The translations under genes were made by a program, and so were the position numbers. Below, in pieces: positions 43,001 to 55,435 of a stretch of DNA of 64,000 nt. Below the pieces are notes generated by a model. That model saw only the letters and a program-made list of their open reading frames with translations, had not been told where the DNA came from and ran no database searches. The stretch is from Paraphysomonas bandaiensis (Eukaryota; Protista; Chrysophyceae). Position 1 is the first letter of the stretch, and every line of letters starts with the position of its first letter. Location: positions 124,001 to 188,000 of the forward strand of contig CBFFRP010000242.1 of assembly GCA_965644295.1 (NCBI GenBank). The letters run 5' to 3'.

Positions 43001-46000
43001 CAGGTAACTTTAAAGGACGCATTATTCTGGGCGTGATAATAGATAATTTCAATGGCGTTTAAGTTGTCAGCTTCTAACTCTACTGTAAACTTCATCGATT
43101 CAGCACCTAATGGCACGGAGTTCACAAGCTTAACACCGTTGATAGATAATTCAGCACCAAAATCAGAATGAACTGTAAATGTGTAAGCGCCAGATGCTGG
43201 AGATGAAACATAACCAGACCACTTTACACTGAAGTAATCATTAGGAAACTTTCCACTGTACAGCTCATCATAAGGGAGGGCGGAATACATTCCCCAATCG
43301 AACTCTATAGTTTTATCCAGTCTTGTGGAATCACATCCACATTCGGCAATAGTTAAATCACAGAAAGTAATGTCCCCAAAATACCATGATGTAGAGTAGT
43401 TTCCAAGGCGCAGGCCATCACACCAATATGGGTCATGATACACTCCATCGTGCAAGTGGGATAGTGATGCCAGTACAGGATCGGAAAGGTCAGAATTCTT
43501 GTAATATGTTGCCAGCAATCCACCACGAGTTATGAGCTTCAATGAAATATCGTACGATCCAGCGGCAGTAGGATCGTAAACCATGGTATAAATTCCATCA
43601 GTATACGGCTCCCTGTTCAAAACTTCGATGTCAATCGACACTTCTCTGCGTCCAATATCTGCATCTGACTGACACTCATCAACAGTTCCTTTCATGGTCA
43701 TCACAAATTGGCTGTCTCCATCCAGAGGTCCATCAAGCTCATTACCAAATCGATCACGCAGCTGAATGGTGAAGTACTCTCTCACGCCCTCCCTATTGAC
43801 GCGTGATATGTTATGCGTGGTAGTGGCTGAATACTCTAACGCAGGAGAAACAAATACACCATCAACGAGGTCATTTGCCACATCCACATTTTCAATTGTA
43901 ACAAATACATCGTAGTTTCCCTTTATGGTAGGTGTATACACTATTTTATACAGGCCAAGTTTTCCTTCCACAGGTTCAATTGAATCAACCCCTTCAACAA
44001 TAGGATGAATTTCAACCACCATCGATTCGTTCGGGCTAACAACAGAAACAACATGCATTGTAGGCAATGCATGCTCTGGCCGTACAAAAGTTATATTAGA
44101 CCAAGCACCGTCACTGGAGCATATCGCAGTCGCACTCCCCGTCACGTTTACAGCATAAGACTCATCAAGTCCGTGACTTAACGCATTTTCCAACTGAAGT
44201 GGAGTGATAGATGCATCGATAACAACGGTATCATTCAAGAACTCAAGAGTGATAACACCGCTATCTCCACCAGCACAATAAAATCCCTGAACCTCTTTCA
44301 TTCCAATATGATGATTTTCAGTGCGATGATTCAATGAGATTGCAATGCTGTTCAAGTCATCGTAGTTCAATCGGTTGTTGCCCTCATAGCCCTTCAAAGA
44401 TTCTATGATAGATACAGTAGGTCTACTTTGATGGTGAATAGGACTTTCCACAAACATCAAATTGTCAGTTACAGCTCTCAGGAGGGGCTCATCCCCAAGA
44501 GACGACGGACAATTTCCAGATGCTACGCCGTCAACATTCTCCGAGCACTCTGCATCAAAGAATACAGTCCATGTTGAAAACAAATCCACTGGAATGTCAT
44601 AAAAAGCAGTACCATCAGCAGCTAGAGGAATGCCGACACCATTTTTTACTACATTAATATTTCCAATCGAATATAATGCTTCTAGAGCACTCTCAACTTC
44701 CTCTGCAGAAGCATCAAATGATATGTCTACAGTTGTTTCACCCTTAAACTCCAGATTGAATGTACCCCAAAGAGGATATACTCCTTGCAGGGTACCCATA
44801 TCTTCACTCAATTCAACAGATAAAGATGACACAGGGAGCGTTGACGAGGCAACAACTATATCAGGAACATTACCCTTATAGTAGTTGAATTGGACATACA
44901 CCGTTGCGTTGTGATTACATATCGAGGACAGGTCTCCGTCAGAACGAGTGATTGTCACATCTGCGACATTGGCAAATGCATTTTCAGCTTCTGCTAAGGT
45001 GGAATCAAAGTCAATTGTGGTGGTCTCTACGCCACCAACAGAAAGCCTGAAGTCACCAGAGGAGGCCGAACAAAGAAGTGCTTGTACCTCTTGCCTGAAA
45101 GGCGCATCGCCAGGTGTATATTCTGTTACTCCAGCTACGCCTGAATCAGAAGACACCATCATAGGAAGGTTTCCGTTCAACGACAAGAATGTTACCCTCA
45201 ATGGTGTGGCGGCAGTTAAGGTACCAGTAACGGGTTCGTCATTCTGATCAGTAATACTAACCATACCAATTGTCGTCAAATTTGTGAGCGCAGACTCTAA
45301 CTGGGCAACAGTAGTAGTCCCCACCGTCATCACTGATGTAGTCTGTCCGCGAAATGTCAATGTAAAACTACCACCAGTACCTACGAAGGTCAATTCCTGA
45401 ACTTCTTGAACAAATTCGGTCACAAATGCAGATGTGATGATGTTCTGAATCTCAGTCTGCCGGGTGTCTTTCGCTTGGATATACACCTCAACTGGCTCAC
45501 CAGCTACTCCTCCAGCCAACCCGGACCCATACGTTAAAGAAGCCGTCGGATCCACAGGAGCATTGGAAACAAAAATAGTGGTAGGACTACCAGATATGTC
45601 CACACCATTATTGGTGATACGAACTGTATATGTACCAGTGTGCCAAAGGGTAAAGGACACAGGGTACACACCTCTCTCTGCCGGGCGAGAAATCGACAGC
45701 TCATCGAAGAATGACGTATCACCAGTTGAGGGAGCAACCAATGTCAATTGGTTTCCAGTTGGTTCACCAGAAGGGGGGCGAGATTGCCAAACATTAAGCA
45801 TGCTAAGGAATTGAACCTTCCAAGTATATCCCTCGTCAATGAGTTCAACAACAACGTCCAACTGAAAATCATGAAGAGACTCAAGAATAACTTCAAGACC
45901 ATGTGCAGTAACGTTGGATGAAATATCCGCCGTAGTCTTGCCACCAAATGACAGTCTAAAGTATCCACTTGTCGACCTCGATGCAGCCGTAATATAGTCA

Positions 46001-49000
46001 ATCGCAGTCGACCTTCTATAATAGTCGTTGGATTCATGTTGCGTAAACTCGACAACGAAATAATCGGATTCACCATTCCCATAACCTATAAAGTGAGATG
46101 TATTATCACCCATTCGAAGGTTACCAAATTCATCTCTTGCAGAAATAGTAAACGAATTCTCTATTCCTGTAACGGCATAAGCAAGGGCCATATCTTCACC
46201 ATCATCATAAGTCGAGCTCGGGGCATGCAGATCATTGTGCACCACAGTCAAAATAGGATTGTCTAACGAACAAAAACTAGGATGACGATAAGATTTTATT
46301 CCATCATACACGCGGTCGAATATATAGGGTGCCGAAGCACTCTTACAAGTTTGAAGTGGTTCAGCAATACCATCGCTCGATTCAAGCGTGACAGCAACAT
46401 CGTAATTCCCAGCAATAGGAATAGTGTAGTGTACAGTGTATGTACCATCACCATGGTCGTCAACATTTCCGATGTATTGAATTTCAGGATTGCTTATAAG
46501 AGTAAAAATCGCACGGAAGTCATCACCGCCAATAATTTGGTTGTTACCATACGCATCTTTTGCTTGAATATAAAAATATCCGAATTCGCCAGTGACCGCC
46601 TCCAAAAGGTAATCCATTTGCTCGAATGACGGACTCTCAACTTCAGAAAGTGAAGGCACAGTTGGACCAGGATTAACAGTAAGATGGAACGGAGAGCACT
46701 TATTGTCTTCACCCCGACCACAATATATGTCGCGCCCACCCATTTGAACAAAAATCTGGTAAGGACCAGAGGCTAATGGTAGGTATGAAGCCTTAAACAA
46801 ACCTCCACCCATGTAATCTAAGTCCGCATAGTACACGGTGTTGCCAGCAGCGGCGCCATCGATTCTCACAGACAATAGATCAGCAGGATCTACCTCTTCA
46901 AAGTCAGTAGTTTTATTGTTTCCCTTCGAATCTTTAGTTTGAATGAAGAAATGGGTTGGAGTACCAGTAATTGCGAGTGCAAGTGAATCACCGTAAGCGT
47001 CAGTATATGGATACTCTGCAGCACCAGGAACAACAGTTGTACCAAAAGGGCTTCCAGAAATATCACTGGCATAGTAAAACTGGGATGCAGGAATTACTTG
47101 TTTTCGAATGGTTGTCGACGAATAGCTTAACTGAATAGACGCAGCACCTGTGATTTCACGATACTCGATTGCGATATCGTAGTAAGTACCCATCTCAAGG
47201 TCAAGCATTACTCTGTTTTCAACACAACAAGCATCCCACATATCAATAACTAATTCGTGATCGATATAGAGTCTGGCGCCGTCATCGGCATACAAATAGA
47301 AAGACACAACTTCTGACTTAGGCACACGAATTTTTCCAGCCCATTTAATGCTAACATAGTCGTATGAGTCGTGGGTTAATAGTCCAGTTGACCAATCAAA
47401 ATTTATGACTGGGTCTATACGTTCGATACTTGGTTGCCCATAGAACCATTGGTTATCAAAGTACGACGCCGCCAAACCTCCACTTAGGAGCTGTACAACC
47501 TTAACATCATACTTTCCAGGGATATCAACGATGTATTGGCCGGTATAATCAGGGTTTCCTGGAATCTTTTCCATTGCTGCTAAACGGGGATTCGATCCCG
47601 TCAACGTATCTCCATTGCCCGCAACAATTTCTTCAACATACACGGACGCATCAGATCCTAGCAGACGCTCTGCAGATACCCCTAAATTCTCAGTATCGCC
47701 AATCAGTGACCTGTACGTTATGAGCCACGAAAATCGTCCGTTTGAGTATCCAGTTCGGCTGACTTCCACATCACCAACAGAAGGCAACGATTCCAAGGCC
47801 GAGTCCAATTCTTCTGCCGTGCTATCGTACGGAACAGCGACAGTATCGTTACCAAAGTATAATATGATATCGCCATATAATGGAGTCGGGGCGCCACCTT
47901 CAGTCCACAATCTCTGGATCTCATATCTGTAATCACTAGGTTCCATCATCCGAAGATTTCCTACATTCTGAGTAAAAGTAACTGTCCACTTGAATCCATT
48001 GCCTTGATTTTCTCTGGAAACCTGAACACGACCAACACCAGAAAGATCTTCAAGAGCGTCCTTCATGCTGGCAGCACTGGCATCGAAATCAATATCAGCT
48101 GTGTACTCATCCTCAAAGAATATAGTAAAAGTTCCGTAAATTGGACTCACTCCTTTTATAGCTTCAACAACTGTTACATTTGCCCCTGTCGTGGAATCAA
48201 TAACCATATGGTTGACGTCACCAACGGGAGAGGTGAACCGAACGGTATAGGAAACAACTGTATCCCCGCCATACAGCAATTCAGCGGACTTGGATACATC
48301 AGCCAACACAGGAGCTCCATCAGGACCGATTAAATTATTGATAGCACCGGCTACATCCTCGGCAGACGCATTGTAAGGCAAGTACGTAGTATTCTCTAAA
48401 GAACTGAACAAGTTGATACTAAATTCCCCACTTGTGTCGTATGAAATAGTAATAATTTGCTCCTCATTAACAAACTCCTCATCTGCAGCAACAGTAATGG
48501 TCTGCACTTCGGTGACACCTTTCTGTACCTCGCTAATAAGGACACGATCATTTAATGTCGACATATCCGGGACATCACCAAGGTTCGCAACGAAAGTGAT
48601 CATAAACAAAGTTCCATCGTCAGTTTCCTCTTTGGAAACATCAACACTGTCAACATTAGGTAGACTTTCAACAGCAACCTGAACAAGGTACGCAGTGGAA
48701 GTAGAGTTGAACGCAAGTGTCTCGTATTCAAGGGTTGATTCAGGAGTAAGGTAGTCAAGTAAAAACAAAGAAGCGTTCTCTGAGTTTCCGGAAGGGAAGA
48801 ACACACTCACGACTTCATAAACCACCGGGTTATATGTAGCCACCCCTTGATCACGGTACCATTCGCCATTGCTGTATGTCTCAGTGAAAAATTGGTCCAA
48901 CCCAGCAAATCCAGCAGCTGTAGACACCTCTCGCAATACTGAACCGGAAGCTTTCTTTGGCTCAATAGTAAATTGATTGCGGTTGCCTTTCAAAAACTCT

Positions 49001-52000
49001 GACACACTGACATTGCAATTAGCATTGAGTGAGAGCGGAACGATATCAGCTACGTCACCAGAGTCGAAAATGGTTACACGCCAGTACGTTATGTCTTGGG
49101 AGGCATTGACATCAACAGTGCGCTGCACATCAACTGCACCCATCATCAAGCTATTGACGAGCACAGCTTCGAACTCGTTAGCCGTATAGTTGTTCCAAAC
49201 AGTGGCCCAATTATCTGATCCCCAGTACAGACGAAAGACAGCATCGCTACAGCCAACAGCTGTGATAATCTGCTGCTCGTCAACATCATCCGTAATGCCA
49301 ATAGTTAATGAGGAGCCAGACGCCGTTGTGTAGGCCGCACTTGAACCAGAGGTTGCTATCACGGTTGGAGAAGCTCCACTGAGAACACCATCACCGAGTG
49401 CATTAAGGGGTGCCACCTTAAAGGAGTAAGACATATCCGGCACAAGGTGAGTTATGGTGGCTGCTCTTACATCCGGAATACCAGTGCCATCATAAACAAG
49501 GACAGCATCAGAACCTGCCTGCTCCTCCGTAACCCTGATGGAAACGTGGGAGCTAAGAGGAGTAAGACGACCGGGGGTAGCATATAGCATTGGTAAATCA
49601 CCAGCAGCAGCGTCAAACGTGATAATCCACTGATAGGCACCTCTATCCTCACCATTGATCAGATTCTCTACTCGCTCAACAGTAACATACCAAATACCAG
49701 GAAGATCTTCCAGACTGACTTTCATTTCTTCGGCACTAACATTATATGGCATATCAATAGTCATGGCACCATTGTAGGATAGAGTGAATGATCCGCGGAT
49801 AGGACTTGTGAGCTTCTGCAGTACTTGCACAGATGCCACAACTGGGTGGTCAGGATCAGCAGCAAAAGCACCATTCGAATTTTCAAGATTAGAAATGTCA
49901 ATTACAATTAAATCCAGTTCTTCAGAAAACATGCCGAAATCGATTGTCCAAGACCGAGTTAGAGAGCCACCTTCAGTCTCAACGATAACTGAAACGTTTG
50001 CGTCATCAAAGCCAGCAGAACTCAGCACAGATTCCACTGCGAGCGCAACTTCCGCCTGTGTTGCCACATAAGACAAGTCTTCTGAAGGTATTCCAAACAA
50101 AGAAAGGGTAAAATATCCACTGGTTGCGTTTGTCACAGTAACCTTTTGAATTTCAGCGACTCGTTCGTCCACAGAGGTTGTGACCATTTGAATTTCTTTA
50201 TGCACTGGGTTTGGATTGGCAAGGGTGTTGAGACCAACGCCGGGAAACATATACACTTTGTAACCAGTAATTGGAGTACCACCAGTGCTGTTGTAGGCAG
50301 GCATCGGCCAATTCAGACTAATTTCACTAGCTTCGATGGAAGTCATACGCGGTTGGACATGTTGGTAGGTGTTATTAGCGAAAGCATCAACGCCTGCAAC
50401 AATACCTGCCACAACAGACAAAATTGGACTACTCGCCGAACGACCAATTGCGTTGACAGCGACAACGTAGAATCTATATATATCGCCCTCGTTTAGGCCG
50501 CCAACGGTGTACTCCATGACCAGGTCTCCAGATGCTTCGTCGACGATAGGAATAAGAGTTGAAAGAGAAACTTCAGTGTATGTGCTGCTCCCAGGTTGAG
50601 AGTAGTAAAGTAAGTAACGTGTGATCTCCGATCCCCCGTTATCAACTGGCGCTAGCCACCGAACTGTAATCGCTGTATCCCCATATACTTGGGATCCAAT
50701 ATTCGATTTCGCATGACGGTATGGCATCGGCGGGGCGAGCGGTACACGAGGGCTTCGAACTGCGAAGACGGCCGGTTCACTGAATGCACCATAACAAGCT
50801 TTGGTATTGTCGGTGGCTTTGCAGTAGTTCATTGCTCGCACAAAAAACTGGTAGCTTTTTCCCGGTTCAACACCAAGTGAGGTCGATGCTTTAATGACAA
50901 ATGACGTAGTGGGGTTATCTGTACCGTCAAACACTAAACGACGATTACCGCTTGCCCAGTCGTCCATCCAGAGCTCAAACCCCATCACAGTCGCGCCTCC
51001 ATTCTCTCTCGGATAATCCCACTCGACTTCGATAGAAGTAGCTGTACTTTCAACTAGGCGAACACGTGGCGGAGCTCCAGGCGGATTGTTCGTGGGAATC
51101 TCGAACTCAGGAGTAGTCAGAGCAGAAAACCCATAGCCTTGCAAATTGTGTGCAAAGACACGAACGTAGTACGCATTCCCAGATATCAAGTTATCCATGG
51201 TGTACACATATGGTGCAGATCCTGACAGATCAGTGACAATATCTTGACATAGACCACTGGCACTACCCTCACAGACATCAGGCCCGACACCTCGCAGAAT
51301 TTGCTCAGTGGCAAGCATATCTGCAGTACTTGTGTTGTACCCTGTGATTCCTAATTCAGGTACATCACCAACAGCACACACATCAACACCATCCACAATT
51401 TTGCAGCCGTCGAATGTGATAAGCCATATATACCCATTTTGCTTTTTTGTTCTAGCTACTGACACTGTCCCAATAGAATTTAATTCATTTAAAAACTTTT
51501 CCATTTCACTGGCCGACGCATCGACTGGAATGGCATCGGTTACTTCACTGAATGTTCCATTAGAGTACGAGAGCGTAAAATCACCATCCAGAAGAACCGA
51601 TCCAACCTCTACCTCGGTAACATTGACAAAAGTTGAATTACCAAGTAAGTTTGTAGTGTCTGGAGTTAACATTTCCAAGTCACCAGCACCAACTGGGAAC
51701 GCACCGGGCATTGAATTGAAGGTAACGCTCCATGAGTATTCATTTTGCACAGATGGGCCAGTTCTTGATACAGTAACAGTTCCAATGTTGGGAAGAGCTT
51801 CCAAGCGGGTCTTCAGTACGGTTTCGGCTACATTATAATCAATAGGATCCGTGGTATGACCGCGGAAGGTTAATGCAAAAGTACCAGTGATTTCATTTCC
51901 CCGTACAGATCCCTCGGGAGCAGACCCTCGGTCAGTAAGAGATTCCATACCATTCGTCAGAACAGAGATTGTGACATCTGTACCTGTCAGACGATTAAAA

Positions 52001-55000
52001 TAACTCTCAACCTTGAGATCTTCTACATCGCCCCCTAGATCAGCATGTGAAAATGTTACGCGCCACTGAACGTCGTGAGCACTAACAAGATCAGATGAGT
52101 CAACGAGCTCAACAGTAACACCATTAGAAGGAATGGTATCGAGGGCAATCAGAGCTTCCTCGAGCTCAGCAGCTGTTGCTGTACCAGAAATATCCTCAGA
52201 AACAGAACCACGGAAAGAAAGACGGAAATATCCACCGATTCCAGCATCGCCAGCTGTAGACTCCGTTATATCAATTCGGCGAAGGCCTTGTAGATTATTG
52301 GTGTAACCATTCATGAGAGGTAAATCACCAGACATATCCACGACATCATCAAACGACACTTCGAATCCACTACCAGCGGGGTAGTCGGCATCAAGGAAGC
52401 AGGCAGTAGTAATTCCATTAATATATGTGACGGTCACACTGTTGATGATTGCGATATCCTGAAGGGCCCTCTTAACATCATCGGCTGTGGCACTCGCCAA
52501 AATGGTAGACGAATAGTAGCCGTTGAACTCTAATCTGAAACTACCTCCAGTGGCATCGCACTTGATATGTTGTACTTCTGTGGCACTAGTACCCCCAAAT
52601 CCAGTAGAAATGTAAACCAGCTGAATTTCAGGAATCACTTCAGTTGAAGACGTTATCACCTGTACTTCATTAACTACAGAACTGAGAACACTGACTTGTT
52701 GGATTTCTTGAGCAAAGGCCGCACTACCATATTCAACTCTATAGAAGGTAACATCATCCCCACCATCGAGAAGCGGCGGACTAAAGGCAACCTCCATCGA
52801 GGTTCCGTCTATCACTTCAAGTGTGGGGTCAGTGGGACGACCAGGACGCTGGGGTTCCGGAATAGCGTAAGGCACATCAGCAAAGGCGAATGGACCCTGA
52901 CCAACTGAGTTGATAGCTGATACACGGAAGTAATATGCGATGCCTTCTTCAAGATCACTTACAGTCAAAGACAGGTCACTCAAATCCGTAACTATTGCGC
53001 TTCCTAATGGAAGACCATTACTGAGGTCCAGACTATCGAATGGCGGTGCAACACCAACACGATCCACGGCAACAACACCAGATGCCACGGTTCCAGTCAA
53101 GTCTAAACCATCCAAGACAATCATATCGACGTCACCTAACTCAGTGAGAAATGTAACAGTCCAGGTAAACCCACCATTTTCATCAGCCATCGATCGCTCA
53201 ACTACGACATCTCCTATGGTATCCAACGCCTCCAACGCTCTTTCAACCTGTCTAGCACTCGAATCAAATGGAATATAAATCGACCGATCGTTACGGAAGG
53301 ACAACGCAAAATAACCACCAAGAGCCTCGCTGGTGCTCGCACGTACTTGCGAAGTTGAGATGGTGACATAATCTCCCACATTGGTGTTATTTTCATCAAC
53401 GACATATGCATCAAGTAATGGAAGTTCTCCGGCGTTAGTATCAAAAGTTACAGTCCACACACATTCACCGTTAGCAGACATATCACTGGCTGACACAGTT
53501 ACAGTTCCAACTGTATCAAGTAGTTCGAGCTGAGCTTTGATGGCATCTTTCTCACCATTCACTAATGTCCCTGTCGAAACAGTATCGTGTCCCGCAACAG
53601 ATGAGGTACCTATGCTTCCTGTAGAATCGGTAACAGTATTCTTGGACTGCACAGTTAGCTGTTGGAGATCTCCTATGGTGCTGATGAAATCGACAGTCCA
53701 AATGCACCCCTGTGTTATGCCTGTAGTAACAGATGTCACTAAAACATCATCAAAATAAGATAGTAACTCCAGTTCATCTTCAATACTAGCCGCAGCCAAG
53801 GTGCAATCACCATTAGCGCTTGGGTTTGCTTCAATCCAACCAGTAACCTCATCCACATACTTCAATCGAAAAGTGAGGTACTGTGATACTTCGTAATCAC
53901 CACCGGAAGTTGTAGTGTCAATGGTTGAGGAAGTGATGGTTTGAACTTCAGTCACCGCAGATACACAGCTTGAATTAGATGGCAGAAGAGGAATGGTTGA
54001 GGTGTTGTGCTCTCCGTAGTTCAGGAAAAAAGAAGTTGTTTCATTAATATGAGAGGATGCTGACACCGTTATTCTCTGAATTTCCTTCCAAGTACCCTTT
54101 CGTACTTCAACAACATCAACGCGGGAATTCAGACCATTCAAATTCGAAGTGTCGGAACTAAATGCAGAGAGGTCCCCTTCATGAGTGCGGTTGTAGTCAG
54201 CAAGAAACTCAACTGTCCAAGTGTAGGCGAGTTCACCATCTGGTCCACTGCGAGAGACTGATATAGTTCCCGTGGGTATGGTATCAAGATCCTCCAGAAA
54301 AGCCTTCATGTCGGAGGCGGTAGTATTGAAGGGGATGTCCTCGGTTGTGAGCCCGTTGTATGTAAGAGTAAACGATCCAGAAAGTTCATTACCATCTACA
54401 GAAGTAATGTTAACTCCAGGCACCCCACCAGTTGACGTGACAGTTAACCCACTGTAATCTGCTGTGAGCATCTCTACATCACCATCGTTCATATCGGATG
54501 TGAATTCAATCGTCCACTCGTACCCATGCTGATTGTCGACAGCTGACCGAGTTACCTCCACAGACCCGATAGTGCTCAGTGCCTCCAGTTTCTCTCTCAT
54601 CTCTGCCTCAGATGCGTCGTAGTCAATATCACCTGTGGTCTTTTCCTCAAAGGTCAAGCGAAACGTTCCTCCAAGAATATTTCCATCTGTGACCGTTTTG
54701 ACCTGGGCATCGGCGGACCCAAACGGCGTGAGCTGCGCGGTATGAACACGCATCTGAGGTACATCGCCCATGGAAAGGGGAAATACCACTACATACTCAT
54801 ACTCAGTCGAGTCGATAATATTATGAGTAACCTCAACATTCCCAAAAGGAGCAACGTTGTTTAGCTCATTAATGATATCCTCAACAGATTCACGAGAACC
54901 AGAGGCTGGGTAATTGACCTCTATGTACCCTGAATATTGTAGACTGCCACCAGTTGCAGTGGTATCGAGTTCAAGGAAAAAGTAGCCATTGGTAGCATCA

Positions 55001-55435
55001 GTAACTGTGATAACTTGAACCTCATTAACTGGGGTGGCAAAAGTCTTCACAACTTGAACTTCGTTGACATCATCAGCATAAGTAGAAATTGATTGAATTT
55101 CGTTAGGTCCAATGTAGTTGGATGTCGTAATGGTTTGAATTTCCGAGGAACCAGGGTCCGTATCCCACTCAACCTATTAAAAAATTAGCCATTTAATTCA
55201 TAATGATGACCTTGTTATACCTTGTAGCTATGAATGGCAGAACCTCCGTCAGAGAAAGGAGAATTGAACTCAGTGAGGATGGAATCGCCACTGATAACAG
55301 TCAGGTCCAAGAACGGAGCAGATGGTACATCTAATTAAAGCAAATTTACGACTATAAATAAAAATCACAAGGTGTACCTAAACTGTTGATGATAGTTGCT
55401 GTCGCCAAACACAGCCATGAGGCAATACGAAACAT
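4012..55435 (-). CDS. Giant secreted modular protein, 17,109 aa (FN3 / filamin-like / PA14 / EVQ-repeat); exons 55435..55378, 55330..55221, 55173..4012
   Basis: The 17,012-codon ORF extends in frame to an AG acceptor at 55174-5. Two 47-nt GT-AG introns (55174..55220, 55331..55377) give MFRIASWLCLATATIINSL-DVPSAPFLDLTVISGDSILTEFNSPFSDGGSAIHSYKVEWD, a signal peptide followed by the first FN3 half. Exon lengths 58+110+51162 = 17,110 codons including stop. Repeated FN3 motifs (P.DGG..I..Y.VEW / L.PG..Y.VRV.A.N..G). Confidence 0.93.
18706..18888 (-). other. 8-cysteine module, copy 2, in the giant protein
   Basis: WEDFNGNTCADY...ECSSGENCGCG...TADEACCVCKAVCG; 34/61 aa identical to the copy at 38146..38328. 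Confidence 0.85.
38146..38328 (-). other. 8-cysteine module, copy 1, in the giant protein
   Basis: WRDSEGHDCDHY...ECTTGVLCGCG...SADEACCACKSTCG. Confidence 0.85.
39267..39700 (-). other. PA14 domain 3 in the giant protein
   Basis: GLIGNYFNN...RIDSIVDFWW...DYISIRWTGYILP...VNDGVRMWINDELIID...IKIEYRENTG...LAWSS...EVIP. Confidence 0.85.
42950..43525 (-). other. PA14 domain 2 in the giant protein (with Cys-rich insert)
   Basis: GGLLATYY...RLDKTIEFDWG...DYFSVKWSGYV.SP.SG.YTF.VHSDFG..L.ING...IEIIYY...VTWSGP. Confidence 0.8.
47075..47481 (-). other. PA14 domain 1 in the giant protein
   Basis: GGLAASYFDN...RIDPVINFDW...DYVSIKWAGKI...YADDGARLYID.ELVIDMW...YYDIAIEYRE.TG.A.IQL.YSS...KQVIP. Confidence 0.88.

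Larger units (their letters stand above)
39228..49345 (-). other. Block of ~9 filamin/ABP280-like Ig repeats (many interrupted by inserts) in the giant protein
   Basis: Recurring S.A.G.GL..G..G....F.IQ.KD..GN ... DG.Y.V.Y.P...G.Y.I.V ... I.GSPF.V.V signatures, e.g. TTAYGQGLVYGVTGEPSKFTIQSKDAWGN and DGTYTVHYTIPIAGNYDVAV. Boundaries are approximate. Confidence 0.8.

Noticed and set aside
4278-54457. The many short ORFs overlapping the giant gene on either strand
   Set aside because: Shadow ORFs expected from the codon bias of a long coding frame; none has domain-like features.
55048-55050. GTG start given by the ORF track
   Set aside because: The frame stays open to a splice acceptor at 55174-55175, and upstream exons supply an ATG, signal peptide and the missing FN3 half.
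4012-55435. Calling the giant protein titin (TTN)
   Set aside because: It has a signal peptide, PA14 and filamin repeats, and no I-set Ig arrays, PEVK or kinase domain; the similarity is limited to generic FN3 motifs.
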